64,000 nt of DNA, taken from Mobula hypostoma (lineage: Eukaryota). The stretch covers positions 104,348,001-104,412,000 of the forward strand of contig NC_086097.1 of the NCBI RefSeq assembly GCF_963921235.1, read 5' to 3'. Position numbers and translations under genes: made by a program. The notes beneath the pieces were generated by a model. That model saw only the letters and a program-made list of their open reading frames with translations, was not told the DNA's origin and searched no databases. Numbering within the stretch: the stretch's first letter is position 1; every line of letters begins with the position of its first letter. Of the stretch, positions 50,261 through 61,650 are shown in pieces.

Positions 50261-50669
50261 ATATGAATAGAAGAGTGGAGCTGACGACATTACTGAACGT
50301 GTCTGATTCAAGATATTGGTCTGGCCCTGTTTTGTTCTTTTTTGGGGGGGATTTTTTTTTGTTTATATATATTTTTTCTTTTTTTTAATGACTAATTTCA
50401 TTATGACTTTGGAAGTCTTTTATATCTGTTACTTAAAATCTGTTTTGTTTATGCTGATTAAGATTATTCCAAACTCTTTGTATCAACTTTGTTATTGAAT
50501 TTATAATGTTGAAAATTAATAAAAAGACTTTAAAAAGGAATTAATTCTGGTACTGTGGGGGGGGGGTGGACAAAATTGAAAAGGGTGGATAGAGAACTGA
50601 AAGTGTTATATTTGAATGCACTCAGTATACGGAATAATGTAGATGACCTTGCAGCACAGTTAGAAATTG

Positions 50670-51230
50670 CTGAGACAATGGGTCTACCTGGACAGGCAGG
50701 TTTGTGGATCTTGGGTAGGGGGTAGAAACGGGAAGTGCGGGGTGTGGGAACTATAAGGTTGGTAGCAGTGGATGGGAGATCCCCTTATGTTCCGTCTGCG
50801 TAGCCTCCAACCTGATGGCATGAACATTGACTTCTCAAACTTCCACTAGTGCCCCACCTCCCCCTCGTACCCCATCTGTTATTTATTTATATACACACAT
50901 TCTTTTTCTCTCTCTGTCCCTCTGACTATACCCCTTGCCTATGCTCTGGGTTCCCCCCCCCGCCTTTTCTTTCTCCCTAGGCCTCCTGTCCCATGATCCT
51001 CTCATATCCCTTTTGCCAATCACCTGTTCAGCTCTTGGCTCCATCCCTCCCCCTCCTGTCTTCTCCTATCATTTCGGATCTCCCCCTCCCCCTCCCACTT
51101 TCATATCTCTTACTAGCTCTTTCTTCAGTTAGTCCTGACGAAGGGTCTTGGCTCAAACGTCAACTGCACCTTTTCCAACAGATGCTGCCTGGCCTGCTGC
51201 GTTCACCAGCAACTTTGATGTGTGTTGCTT
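50670..51230. mobile_element. Penelope-like insertion with inverted 5' piece
   Basis: 50672-50785 minus encodes GDLPS..FYPLPKIHK..PGRPIV; 50786-51230 plus carries LQPDGMNIDF, a pyrimidine tract and the terminal motif with a broken hammerhead (GAAA box lacks G). Confidence 0.85.
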
Positions 51231-51490
51231 AGAATGGAAGGATGTCTCTTTAGAACAGAGATGAAGAGCAATTTCTTCAGCCAGAGGGTGGTGAATCTAT
51301 GCAATTCATTGTCACAGACGGTTGTGGAGGCCAAGTCACTGGGTATATTTGAAGTAGAGACTGATAATTAAATGGGGATTAGTGAAGGTGTCAAAGGTTA
51401 CGGGCAGAAGGCAGGAGATTGAGGTTGAGAGGGATAATAAATCAGCCATGATTTAATAACTCAATGGGCCCAATGGCCTAATTCTGCTCC
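51231..51490 (+). mobile_element. CR1 3' fragment
   Basis: Similar to 23850-24105. Confidence 0.75.
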
Positions 51491-52110
51491 AGTAGCCATT
51501 ACCAGCACAAAATTGGTAGGAAGGACGGGAATACAGGAAACTTCAATTGAACAGTTACTGTGAGAGGGCATGGAGTTTACCGAGATACAGGGAACCAGAG
51601 CATTCTGTCTGCTGTCAGTGAGATGTCATGAGCCAATCAGGGACAAAGATAGCAGTTACCTGGACAGGAGTGAATTTGTACAAGGCAAAATTAATGATCA
51701 TATTTTTGATGTAGTACCAGAGGGTTGATAAGGTTAATGTGATTTGTTATACAAATTTCATAAAAGTGTTTGATAAACTGACATATAACAGGCTTGTCAT
51801 TGAAACTGAAAGGGGATACAGACCCAAGAACAGAGCCATGGCTGAGTGGCAGAAAGGAGGGAGTTCAGTGCTTGTGACATGAAGACCTACACCCAATGGC
51901 CACACCTTGTTAATGCAAATATCTAATTAGCCAATCACATGGGAGAAACTCAGTGCATGAAAGCATGCAGGCATGGCCAAGAAGTTCAGCTGTTCAGACC
52001 AAACATCGGAATGGGTAAGAAATGTGATCCAAGTGACTTTGACCATGTTGGTTTGAGTACCTCAGAAACTACTGATCTCCTGGGATTTTCACACAAAACA
52101 GTCTCTAGAG

Positions 52111-52190
52111 CAGAGGTTCCCAATCTTTTTTATGTCACGGATGCCTACTACTAACCAAGGGGTGTGTGGAGCCCAGGTTGGAGACATCTG
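52111..52190. mobile_element. hAT (Charlie-like) MITE, 80 bp
   Basis: CAGAGGTTCCCAA...TTGGAGACATCTG imperfect TIRs; 8-bp TSD ctctagag/ctctggaa fits the NTCTAGAN target. Confidence 0.75.
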
Positions 52191-52389
52191 CTCTGGAATT
52201 TACAGTGACTGCCAGTTCTGTGGGTGGATGAGAGCGGTCAGAGGAGAATGGTCAGATTGGTTCAAGCTGACTGGAAGCCGACAGTAACTTAGATTACACT
52301 GCATCAGTGGTGTGCAGAAGAATATCTCTGCGTGCATAACACATGAAACCTTGCAGTGGATGGGCTACTGCAGGAGAAGACCACTAACA

Positions 52390-52706
52390 TGAGGGGTGAT
52401 TGATAAGTTTGTGGCCTAAGGTAGAAGAAGATGAGTTATTAACTTCAAACTTTATGCATTTTCACTCAGAGTTGAACTGCACGTGCATGTAATGAGAGCT
52501 GTATAACTCATCTCATTCTACCTTAGGCCATGAACTTATCAATCACCCCTGCTGTGGACCACTTCGACAAAGAAGGGATCAGTATGCTCCACGACCGCTG
52601 GACTAAGTCTGTACATGTAGGAGGGGGACTATATTGAAAAAGAAATGTGCTCGGCTTTCTAAAATTGACTGCTACCTTAGCCCACGAACTTGTCAATCAC
52701 CCCTCG
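52390..52706 (+). mobile_element. Mariner-derived MITE with three TIR copies
   Basis: gaggggtgattgataagtttgtggcctaaggtag and inverted copies at ~52517-52550 and ~52672-52705; GISMLHDRWTK..GDYIEK-like transposase C-terminus; TA on the right flank. Confidence 0.8.
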
Positions 52707-54172
52707 TACAAAATACACTCAGGTACTTTCTGCACCTAATAAAGTGACCACTGAGTATGTGTCAACACACCAAAGTGTGTTTGTTTAGTTTCTGATGACA
52801 CAAGGACAGCAGAAATGTAAGATGTGACGTGGGCATTGCGACCTCATAATGATCTGGACAGGCAAGTGTGGAGGCAGGACTTTTTTTAAGTAGTTCAATG
52901 CTGAGGGAGATCTTAGGGACTGGGATGTCCTGTATGCGATTCACAAAAGACTGGTGTGCGGGTAAGTGAGTAACCTGGGAAGCTTGGAGACCATCATCGA
53001 CACTACAGTGGGTGAATCTCGGATATGCAGGAAATCATAGGAACTGTGACTGGAAATGGTCAGCCATGACCTTATTGAACAGACTTAGGGGACCAATGGC
53101 CAACTCCTGCTCTGACTTCTCAGCTCACTCCAAAGGCTGGAGTGAAGTCTGATTAAGCAGATATATTGATGAAAAAGGAATTATGCTTCCATCAATGCCA
53201 TTGGATCAGAATCCATACTGTCCACAATTACACACAACATTGTCACCAAAAAGGCTGCAGTGAGCTGTGGTTTTCGAAGAGTGTCTCTCTCACTTCAGGA
53301 GACTATATGTATTGGTCATGCCAGCAACATCTGCATCCCTGAAGTACTGCAAACCACATCGTGGGGAACAATTTTAGCCTGGCTCCAATCGATCAGGCTT
53401 GTAGTCACATTAGCCAACACAACTACATTACAAACTATACTGGATCGCTTATCCAAGAGAATAGCTAGCAGTTCAGGATGAGGTGCAAAGCGGAGACAGG
53501 GTGAGCTTACAGCACGAAACAGACCAGATATCCCAAGCAAATGTGTGCAAAGCTGTACAATGTTAGAATATGACAGAAGAAATAGGATGTTTCCAGGCAA
53601 TATTCTACAATGGGATGCCATTAAACTACGGTTTTGAAGGAATGCAAATATGCCCAGAAGTAAAAGCTGGATGTTGGGATTGTATCACTGGAGAAAGTAT
53701 AACATCTCCCCCAAAACATCATTTTGTGAGCTCAGAGAACACTTCACTGGCACTTGATCTTTTGGTTAGGAAGCACAGGAAACAGGGAGGAACTGCTAGC
53801 TCTTTGGGAGTCAGCATGTCCTCACACTAAATATATCCATTTGACAGCATGGGGCTGTTGAGACGCTCATGAACTTCGGGTTAAGTCCAGCAGCCATTCA
53901 AATGAGGAAAAGCAGCAGAGTCTCTTGCTGAATCTTATTTTACATCCACAAGGAAAAAGTGCAGTGACTTGAGCACTCTGCATAACTTCCAAGTGAGGAT
54001 GAACTTCAGATCTTGAGATCTTGGATCATGAAGTCATACAACATGGAGCTCGTCTATACTGATCAAGATTCCCATTTCAGCCTGTGTTTGGCCCATATCC
54101 ATCTAAACTTTTCCTATCCATGTATCTGTCCACATTCAAACTGTATCCAACTCCGGCAGCTCATACCACCTA

Positions 54173-54440
54173 TGTGGGGAAGTTACCCCTCAAGTCCCCC
54201 GACCCGTGTGGGGAAGTTACCCCTCAAGTCCCCCTGACCCATGTGGGGAAGTTTCCCCTCAAGTCCCCCGACCCGTGTGGGGAAGTTACCCCTCAAGTCC
54301 CCCTGACCCCTGTGGGGAAGTTTCCCCTCAAGTCCCCCGACCCGTGTGGGGAAGTTACCCCTCAAGTCCCCCTGACCCGTGTGGGGAAGTTTCCCCTCAA
54401 GTCCCCCTGACCCGTGTGGGGAAGTTGCCCCTCAAGTCCT
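54173..54440. repeat. 34/35-bp minisatellite, ~8 units, inside a decayed antisense CR1 3' end
   Basis: Unit tgtggggaagttWcccctcaagtccccc(t)gacccg; starts at 54173, 54207, 54242, 54276, 54311, 54345, 54380, 54415. Confidence 0.95.
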
Positions 54441-54911
54441 CCCTGATTCTTTCCCCCACCACGTTAAATCTATGCTGATTAATTTTGGATCCCCCTACCT
54501 TATGGAAAAGATTTCCACCTTTCATTGAGTTTATAAACCTGAGCAAGGTTAACCTCAGCCTCCCTTCCTCCAGGGAAAACTGTCCCAGCCCTTTCCAGCC
54601 TCTCCTTAAAACTCAAGATCCAATCCAAGCAACATCTTTTCTACTCCATTTCCAGCTTATTATTTACCTCTGTCACTTCCTTTCTGCTGCCTCTCGCCCA
54701 CGACTTAGAGCCAGTACACAGGCAAATGATCTTTTTCCCTCCTTTACTCTATATGGACTCGGTGTTAAGGAAACCCTTTGATTTGCTTCACTTTGGGCTG
54801 GTTATTATGTTTTCCCATCGTATTAATGCCTGAGAACATACATCAGTCACTGCACCAAGAAAGAGGTTTCACCCGTCACCTGCGAGCCACCGCTCCCCGT
54901 GCATGGCCCCG

Positions 54912-55090
54912 TTATCCCTGCTGCAGCAGCCGGTTGTGAGTCTGATGTTTGGAACAAGTTGAACAGCAAAAACTGGCGTGGTACTGGTTGGAGCACAGGT
55001 TGGCCTGCATTATCAGATCACAGTTTGCCAGCTCTGGGAGGTCCACACACAGCGAATCAAGGGCTGTAGGAGACATCGTTGTTTCTGCAG
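54912..55090 (-). CDS. PAPLN: Papilin terminal coding exon, PLAC domain
   Basis: tatttttcAG acceptor. ...CVDLPELANCDLIMQANLCSNQYHASFCCSTCSKHQTHNRLLQQG*, the six-Cys PLAC pattern of papilin; TAA at 54914-54912; convergent with NUMB. Confidence 0.95.
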
Positions 55091-55851
55091 CTGAAAAATA
55101 TCACATGAAAAGTATTTGGAATGCAATAGGTACGAGTGCAGGGAAGCAGATTCTCACTGACAGACGCAGAAATGCGGGCCAGCAGTGTTGGGTGGGATGT
55201 GACATGGGGCACCACTGAAACGTTGCCAGCTCCAGTGACTGCACCCGAATATATTTCAGGGTGTCACAGAGTCATACAGCATGGGGACAGGCCCACCAGC
55301 CCAGCGTACTGACCCACCACCAATTTCATTCTCCCTATACTCCACCTGGACTCTCCCCTTCACAAGAGGCACCATTTAACAGCCAGTTAACCTATCAACC
55401 CACACATCTATGCCTAGAGCTCACGGTTACCAACTTCACCCAGACAGCAGCAGAGGTCAGCACTGAATTCTTCAAATTCTGCAATGTAGCATCTGGAAAT
55501 GACAGTCCTGCAGTAAAATACCAGCAATAAATGAGAGAATGACCAGGGAAAGTGAGGGGTGCATTTTCCTTGAACAGCTCCATTTGTGTTTGGATCTTTG
55601 GTGATTCGTTGCTTCAGGAGGAATAGAATGAGCTCACTGACAGTGTGGCCTTTGCCAGAAAATGAGGCCAGGTGTCGGATGGAAGTGCTACCAAGAATCC
55701 AGAGCTGATCAGTCAGCGGCTTCAGCCTCCTCCCTTAACCGGCTACTCCACATTGCAGCCCTGCCGGTGGAAGGCGGAGAGAGACAGCACATTCACTGTA
55801 CAAGGGCACTATGACAACTACCAGAGACTGTCAGACTCTCATCTTACTCAC

Positions 55852-56012
55852 ATGTGACTGTCAGCTCTGCACTGGCGCTGACCGAGCGAGATCCGCTGTA
55901 GGCGTTGCAGGTGTAGGTCCCAGCGTCTCTCAGCTGAGCGTTGTGTAAGGTCAAGGTGCCACCCGGTGAAATGGAGATGTGATCAGTGTCCACTCTCACA
56001 GGGATCCCATTC
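55852..56012 (-). CDS. PAPLN: Papilin exon, C-terminal half of last Ig domain
   Basis: tttttaatgcAG acceptor, T|GTGAGT donor; 161 nt, phase 2-1. NGIPVRVDTDHISISPGGTLTLHNAQLRDAGTYTCNAYSGSRSVSASAELTVT (DxGxYxC motif); phases fit both neighbours. Confidence 0.95.
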
Positions 56013-57474
56013 CTGCATTAAAAACAAATCTACTTATCATAGTTTGGCTGCACCATTTCTTCATTGAGGAAGATGCCAGCAAATTGTTCTCACATCAGTT
56101 CAGCTTTCAGATATTACTCAGGTAGACTTTCTAGAGCCTGGGCATCTGATGAGACCTGGTGTGGGACAGTGGATGAATGTCTGACCTGACCCAAACTACC
56201 CTTGAGGAGGGTGTGAGCCATCTCCTCGAACCACTGCAGGACTGCGGGGGGTGGGGGGGAGTTATAGAGGCAATACAGAGCAGGTAATATCATTGTAATA
56301 TCGCATTGTGCATGGCTTAGATGGAACGTGCAGGAGGCATTCACCTGCACCTGCTGTTCCTGCCCTTCTTGGTGGTAGAGGTGGTGTCAGGGTAACCTGG
56401 GAGAGTAAATGGATTGCATTATTAGCCAATGCACACTATGGTGTGCAGGAAATGGATGTAATGGATGGGGAAGGGGTGCTAATTGAGTTGCTATTTTGTC
56501 TTGGATGGTATTGGGTTCTTGAGTATTCTACTGACCAGATCAGTGGAGAGGGTCCCATCACACTCCTGATTTGTGCCTTGCAGAGAGTGGAGAGGCAGGA
56601 GGCGACTTTGTTACCCTTAGTTTTGGGATTGGATGTCAGTGTTGTGGCCATGGAATGGAGGCACAGTACTGACTGATCCTGGCGCCACTGTGCTCACTCG
56701 AATGGCTGAAAATACAGATGGGTCCCACACTCACCTTGCCTGGAGCTATGCACCCCCATTTTAGGTGTGTTGGTGTTGGCTGCTGACGTTAATGAGCAGC
56801 GCCCTGTATGAGTGCAAACCTCCTTGAAGGCGAGGTGGAAGAAATGTGGGTCCACAGCCCATCACACACTAAAGAGAAAACAGAATCTACTTCTTCCTGT
56901 GGGGGTCCTCAGAGTCAGAGTAATTGTGACTGACAGAAAGCATGAAGCTGGTTGTGTAGTGGCAGCAGCACAGGCTGGCTGAGTGAGTGGGTAGGTAGGG
57001 AGGGAGGGCAAGAGGAAATACCGAGGCAGTGCTCGTGGGTTCATGGACCATTCCGAAACCTGACGACAGAGGGGAAAAGCCCTTCCTGATACGACCAGTG
57101 TGCATTTTCCTGCTCCTGTGCCTCTTCCCTGATAGTACTAATGCCCCAGACAGTGAGGGTCCTTACTGACAGACACTGCTTTTGAAAATGTCGTCGATGG
57201 TGGGGAGAGTTGTGCTCATCATGGAGCTGGCTGAATCTACAACTCTGCACAGCCCATACCAGATGGAGATGCAACCAGTCAGAATGCTCTCTGAACTACA
57301 GCTTCAGAAATTTACTCCAGTCTTCGGTGACGTACCAGATCTGCTCAAACTCCTGGTCTGCTCAAACTTCCTTGTAATTGCATCAGTATGGTGGGCCAGG
57401 ATAGAACCACTGAGATGTTGATGCCCAGGAACTTGAAGCTGCTCATCCCTCAATGACATCTGGTGTACATTCTC

Positions 57475-60400
57475 ACAAGGCCTTGGTGAGACCACACCTG
57501 GAGTATTGTGTGCAGTTTTGGTCCCCTAATCTGAGGAAAGACATTTTTGCCATAGAGGGAGTACAAAGAAGGTTCACCAGATTGATTCCTGGGATGGCAG
57601 GACTTTCATATGATGAAAGACTGGATTGACTAGGTTTATACTCTCTGGAATTTAGAAGATTGAGGGGGGATCTTATTGAAACGTATAAAATCCTAAAGGG
57701 TTTGGACAGGCTGGATGCAGGAAGATTGTTCCTGATGTTGGGGAACATAGAACATAGAATAGTACAGCACAGTACAGGTCATTCGGGCCACAATGTTGTG
57801 CCGACTCTCAAACCTTGCCTCCCATATAAGCCCCCACCTTAAATTCCTCCATATACCTGTCTAGTAGTCTCTTAAACTTCACTAGTGTATCTGCCTCCAC
57901 CACTGACTCAGGCAGTGCACTCCACGCACCAACCACTCTCTGAGTAAAAAACCTTCCTCTAATATCCCCCTTGAACTTCCCACCCCTTACCTTAAAGCCA
58001 TGTCCTTTTGTATTGAGCAGTGGTGCCCTGGGGAAGAGGCGCTGGCTATCCACTCTATCTATTCCTCTTATTATCTTGTACACCTCTATCATGTCTCCTC
58101 TCATCCTCCTTCTCTCCAAAGAGTTCTAGCTCCCTTAATCTCTGATCATAATGCATACTTTCTAAACCAGGCAGCATCCTGGTAAATCTCCTCTGTACCC
58201 TTTTCAGTGCTTCCACATCCTTCCTATAGTGAGGTGACCAGAATTGGACACAGTACTCCAAGTGTGGCCTAACCAGAGTTTTATAGAGCTACATCATTAC
58301 ATCGCGACTCTTAAACTCTATCCCTCGACTTATGAAAGCTAACACCCCATAAGCTTTCTTAACTACCCTATCCACCTGTGAGGCAACTTTCAGGGATCTG
58401 TGGACATGTACCCCGAGATCCCGCTGCTCCTCCACACTACCAAGTATCCTGCCATTTACTTTGTACTCTGCCTTGGAGTTTGTCCTCACAAAGTGTACCA
58501 CCTCACACTTCTCCGGGTTGAACTCCATCTGCCACTTCTCAGTCCACTCCTGCATCCTATCAATGTCTCTCTGCAATCTTTGACAATCCTCTGCACTACC
58601 TACAACACCACCAACCTTTGTGTCATCTGCAAAATTGCCAACCCACCCTTCTACCCCAACATCCAGGTCGTTAATAAAAATCACGAAAAGTAGAGGTCCC
58701 AGAACAGATCCTTGTGGGACACCACTAGTCACAATCCTCCAATCTGAATGTACTCCCTCCACCACCACCCTCTGCCTTCTGCAGGCAAGCCAATTCTGAA
58801 TCCACCTGGCCAAACTTCCCTGGATCCCATGCCTTCTAACTTTCTGAATAAGCCTACCGTGTGGAACCTTGTCAAATGCCTTACTGAAATCCATACAGAT
58901 CACATCCACTGCACTACCCTCATCGATATGCCTGGTCACCTCCTCAAAGAACTCTATCAGGCTTGTTAGATACAATCTGCCCTTCACAAAGTCATGCTGA
59001 CTGTCCCTGATCAGACCATGATTCTCTAAATGCCTATAGATCCTATCTCTAAGAATCTTTTCCAACAGCTTTCCCACCACAGACGTAAGGCTCACTGGTC
59101 TATAATTACCCGGACTATCCCTACTACCTTTTTTGAACAAGGGGACAACATTCGCCTCCCTCCAATCCTCCAGTACCATTCCCGTGGACAACAAGGACAT
59201 AAAGATCCTAGCCAGAGGCTCAGCAATCTCTTCTCTCGCCTCGTGGAGCAGCCTGGGGAATATCCCATCAGGCCCCGGGGACTCATCTGTCCTAATGTAT
59301 TTTAACAACTCCAACACCTCCTCTCCCTTAATATCAACATGCTCCAGAACATCAACCTTACTCATATTGTCCTCACCATCATCAAGTTCCCTCTCATTGG
59401 TGAATACCGAAGAGAAGTGTTCATTGAGGACCTCGCTCACTTCCACAGCCTCCAGGCACATGTTCCCACCTTTATCTCTAATCGGTCCAACCTTCATTCC
59501 TGTCATCCTTTTTTTCTTCACATAATTGAAGAATGCCTTGGGGTTTTCCTTTACCCTACTCGCCAAGGACTTCTCATGCCCCCTTCTTGCTGTTCTCAGC
59601 CCCTTCTTAAGCTCCTCTCTTGCTTCCCTATATTCCTCAATAGACCCATCTGATCCTTGCTTCCTAAACCTCATGTATGCTGCCTTCTTCCACCTGACTA
59701 GATTTTCCACCTCACTTGTCATCCATGGTTTCTTCACCCTACCATTTTTATCTTCCTCACCGGGACAAATTTATCCCTATCATCCCGTAAGAGATCTCTA
59801 AACATCGACCACATGTCCGTAGTACATTTCCCTGTAAAAACATCATCCCAATTCACACCCGCAAGTTCTAGCCTTATAGCCTCATAATTTGCCCTTCCCC
59901 AATTAAAAATTTTCCTGTCCTCTCTGATTCTATCCTTTTCCATGATAATGCTAAATGCCAGGGAGTGGTGGTCACTGTCCCCCAGATGTTCACCCACTGA
60001 GAGATCTGTGACCTGACCCGGTTCATTATCTAGTACTAGATCTAGTATGGCATTCCCCCAGGTTGGCCTGTCCACATACTGTGACAGGAATCCGTCCTGG
60101 ACACACTTAACAAACTCTGCCCCATCTAAACCCTTGGAACTAATCAGGTGCCAATCAATATTAAGGAAGTTAAAGTCACCCATGATAACAACCCTGTTAT
60201 TTTTGCACCTTTCCAAAATCTGTCTCCCAATCTGCTCCTCTGTATCTCTGCTGCTACCAGGGGTCCTATAGAATACCCTAATAGAGTAACTGCTCCCTTC
60301 CTGTTCCTGACTTCCACCCATACTGACTTAAAAGAGGATCCTGCTACATTACCCACCCTTTCTGTAGCTGTAATAGTATCCCTGACCAGTAATGAAACCC

Positions 60401-60915
60401 CTCCTCCCCTTTTTCCGCCCTCTCTATCCCTTTTAAAGCACTGAAATCTGGGAACATTGAGAATCCATTCCTGCCCTGGTGCCAGCCAAGTCTCTGTAAT
60501 GGCCACTACATCATAATTCCATGTATGTATCCAAGCTCTCAGTTCATCACCTTTGTTCCTGATGCTTCTTGCATTGAGGTACACACATTTCAGCCCTTCT
60601 ACCTTACTGTCCAAAATGAGGGGTCACAGTTTGAGGATAGAGGGGAAGCCTTTTAGGACCGAGATGAGGAAAAACTTCTTCACACAGAGAGTGGTGAATC
60701 TGTGGAATTCTCTGCCACAGGAAACAGTGGAGGCCAGTTCATCGGCTATATTTAAGAGGGAGTTAGGTATGGCCCTTGTGGCTAAAGGGATCAGGGGTAT
60801 GGAGGGAAGGCAGGTACAGGGTTCTGAGTTGGATGATCAGCCATGATCGTACTGAATGGCGGTGCAGGCGGGAAGGGCCGAATAGCCTACTCCTGCACCT
60901 ATTTTCTATGTTTCT
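57475..60915 (+). mobile_element. Young CR1 3' fragment in two pieces (57475-57745, 60609-60915)
   Basis: ...atgttggggaa| and |gtccaaaatgaggggtcacag rejoin to match 13490-13520. Confidence 0.93.
57746..60608 (-). mobile_element. CR1 with almost complete ORF2 (few frameshifts)
   Basis: Minus ORFs 60144-60614, 59734-60321, 58289-59737, 57808-58261; (TTCTATG)n tail at the low end. Confidence 0.96.
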
Positions 60916-61339
60916 ACAACTTCTCCTTCCTGAAGTCCACACTCAGTTCCTGGGTCTTGCTGACAGTGAATGTTGCGACACGGCTAGACCAGCCGACATG
61001 GCTACTGCTGTTGTCCAGGTGATCCATGACCGAGTGGACAGCCACTGAGATTGTGTCGGCGGTGGGCATATTGTAACGATGGGTGAATGGCAGTAGGTCC
61101 GAGTCCTCGCTCAGGCATGAGGTAACTGACCAGCCTCCCAATGCTCTCATCACAGTAATGTGCCACCGACAGGCCAGCCTGCTCTGCCTTACTTGACATC
61201 CTTTTAAAGCAGGTGGAAACCTCCAGCTGTAGCAGTACGAGGTTGATAGTGTCCTTGAACACTCCAACGAGTTGGTTGGCACAGCTTTTCAGTGCCCTGC
61301 CTGCTACACTATCAGGGCCTGATCCTTTGTGAGGTGGAG

Positions 61340-61650
61340 CAGGAGGGGACTGAGGGGGTGAGTTAGGGTGGTTGTCCAGTCCTTCCACTGTTTGCACGGA
61401 GCTCCGCCTGATCCTGAGGTATGAATCCCTCACCATCCCAACCCCTCTTCGAAAACCACCATCGGTCACCGGCCAGAGGATCCCAGGAGCCAGTTGGGAA
61501 CGGCTTCTGTTTTTTTCCCACAAGGAGACTCTGCGGAAAAATATTCCCTTTTTCTTCCTGAAATCTCTGCCCATTGGGAGCTCTGATGGCTTGGTCAGGG
61601 AACCTGGCATCAAGCCTGTGGACAGTCTGGACCCTTTCCCCCACAAATGA
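61340..61650 (-). mobile_element. CR1 3' fragment
   Basis: Similar to the 3' region at 2480-2800. Confidence 0.65.

Larger units (their letters stand above)
42743..50537 (+). mobile_element. L1-clade LINE (5'-truncated in ORF1) with TSD, hosting a CR1 and a solo LTR
   Basis: ORF1 tail KPRPVI..LFPARLRV; ORF2 ATG 43778 (LVSWNINGLN, VQETH), DAEKAFDRVEW, GTRQGCPLSPLLF, LYADD, CDRC..HMFWSC; AATAAA 50518; TSD gaattaatt(t)ctg at 42730-42742 and 50538-50549. Confidence 0.95.
51890..52758 (+). mobile_element. Decayed Tc1-like DNA transposon hosting two MITEs
   Basis: MGKKCDPSDFD..GLSTSETTDLLGFSHKTVSR HTH remnant; right TIR-like cacctaataaagtgaccactgagta. Confidence 0.7.
57050..61330 (-). mobile_element. 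Decayed Rex1/Babar element split by nested CR1s (57475-60915)
   Basis: GPDSVAGRALKSCANQLVGVF, VSKTQELSVDFRKE; host sequence joins ttctcacaa|cttctccttcc across the insert. Confidence 0.75.

Noticed and set aside
54245..54258. NF-kB site array in the minisatellite
   Set aside because: ggggaagtttcccc does not fit the GGGRNNYYCC spacing, and the context is not promoter-like.
53100..54911. PAPLN polyadenylation signal
   Set aside because: I found no clear AATAAA on the minus strand, so the 3'UTR end is not called.
1..61650. Many RT ORFs as a novel retron/DGR/defence-type system
   Set aside because: All carry ordinary CR1, L1, Rex1 or Penelope signatures with tails, truncations and frameshifts.
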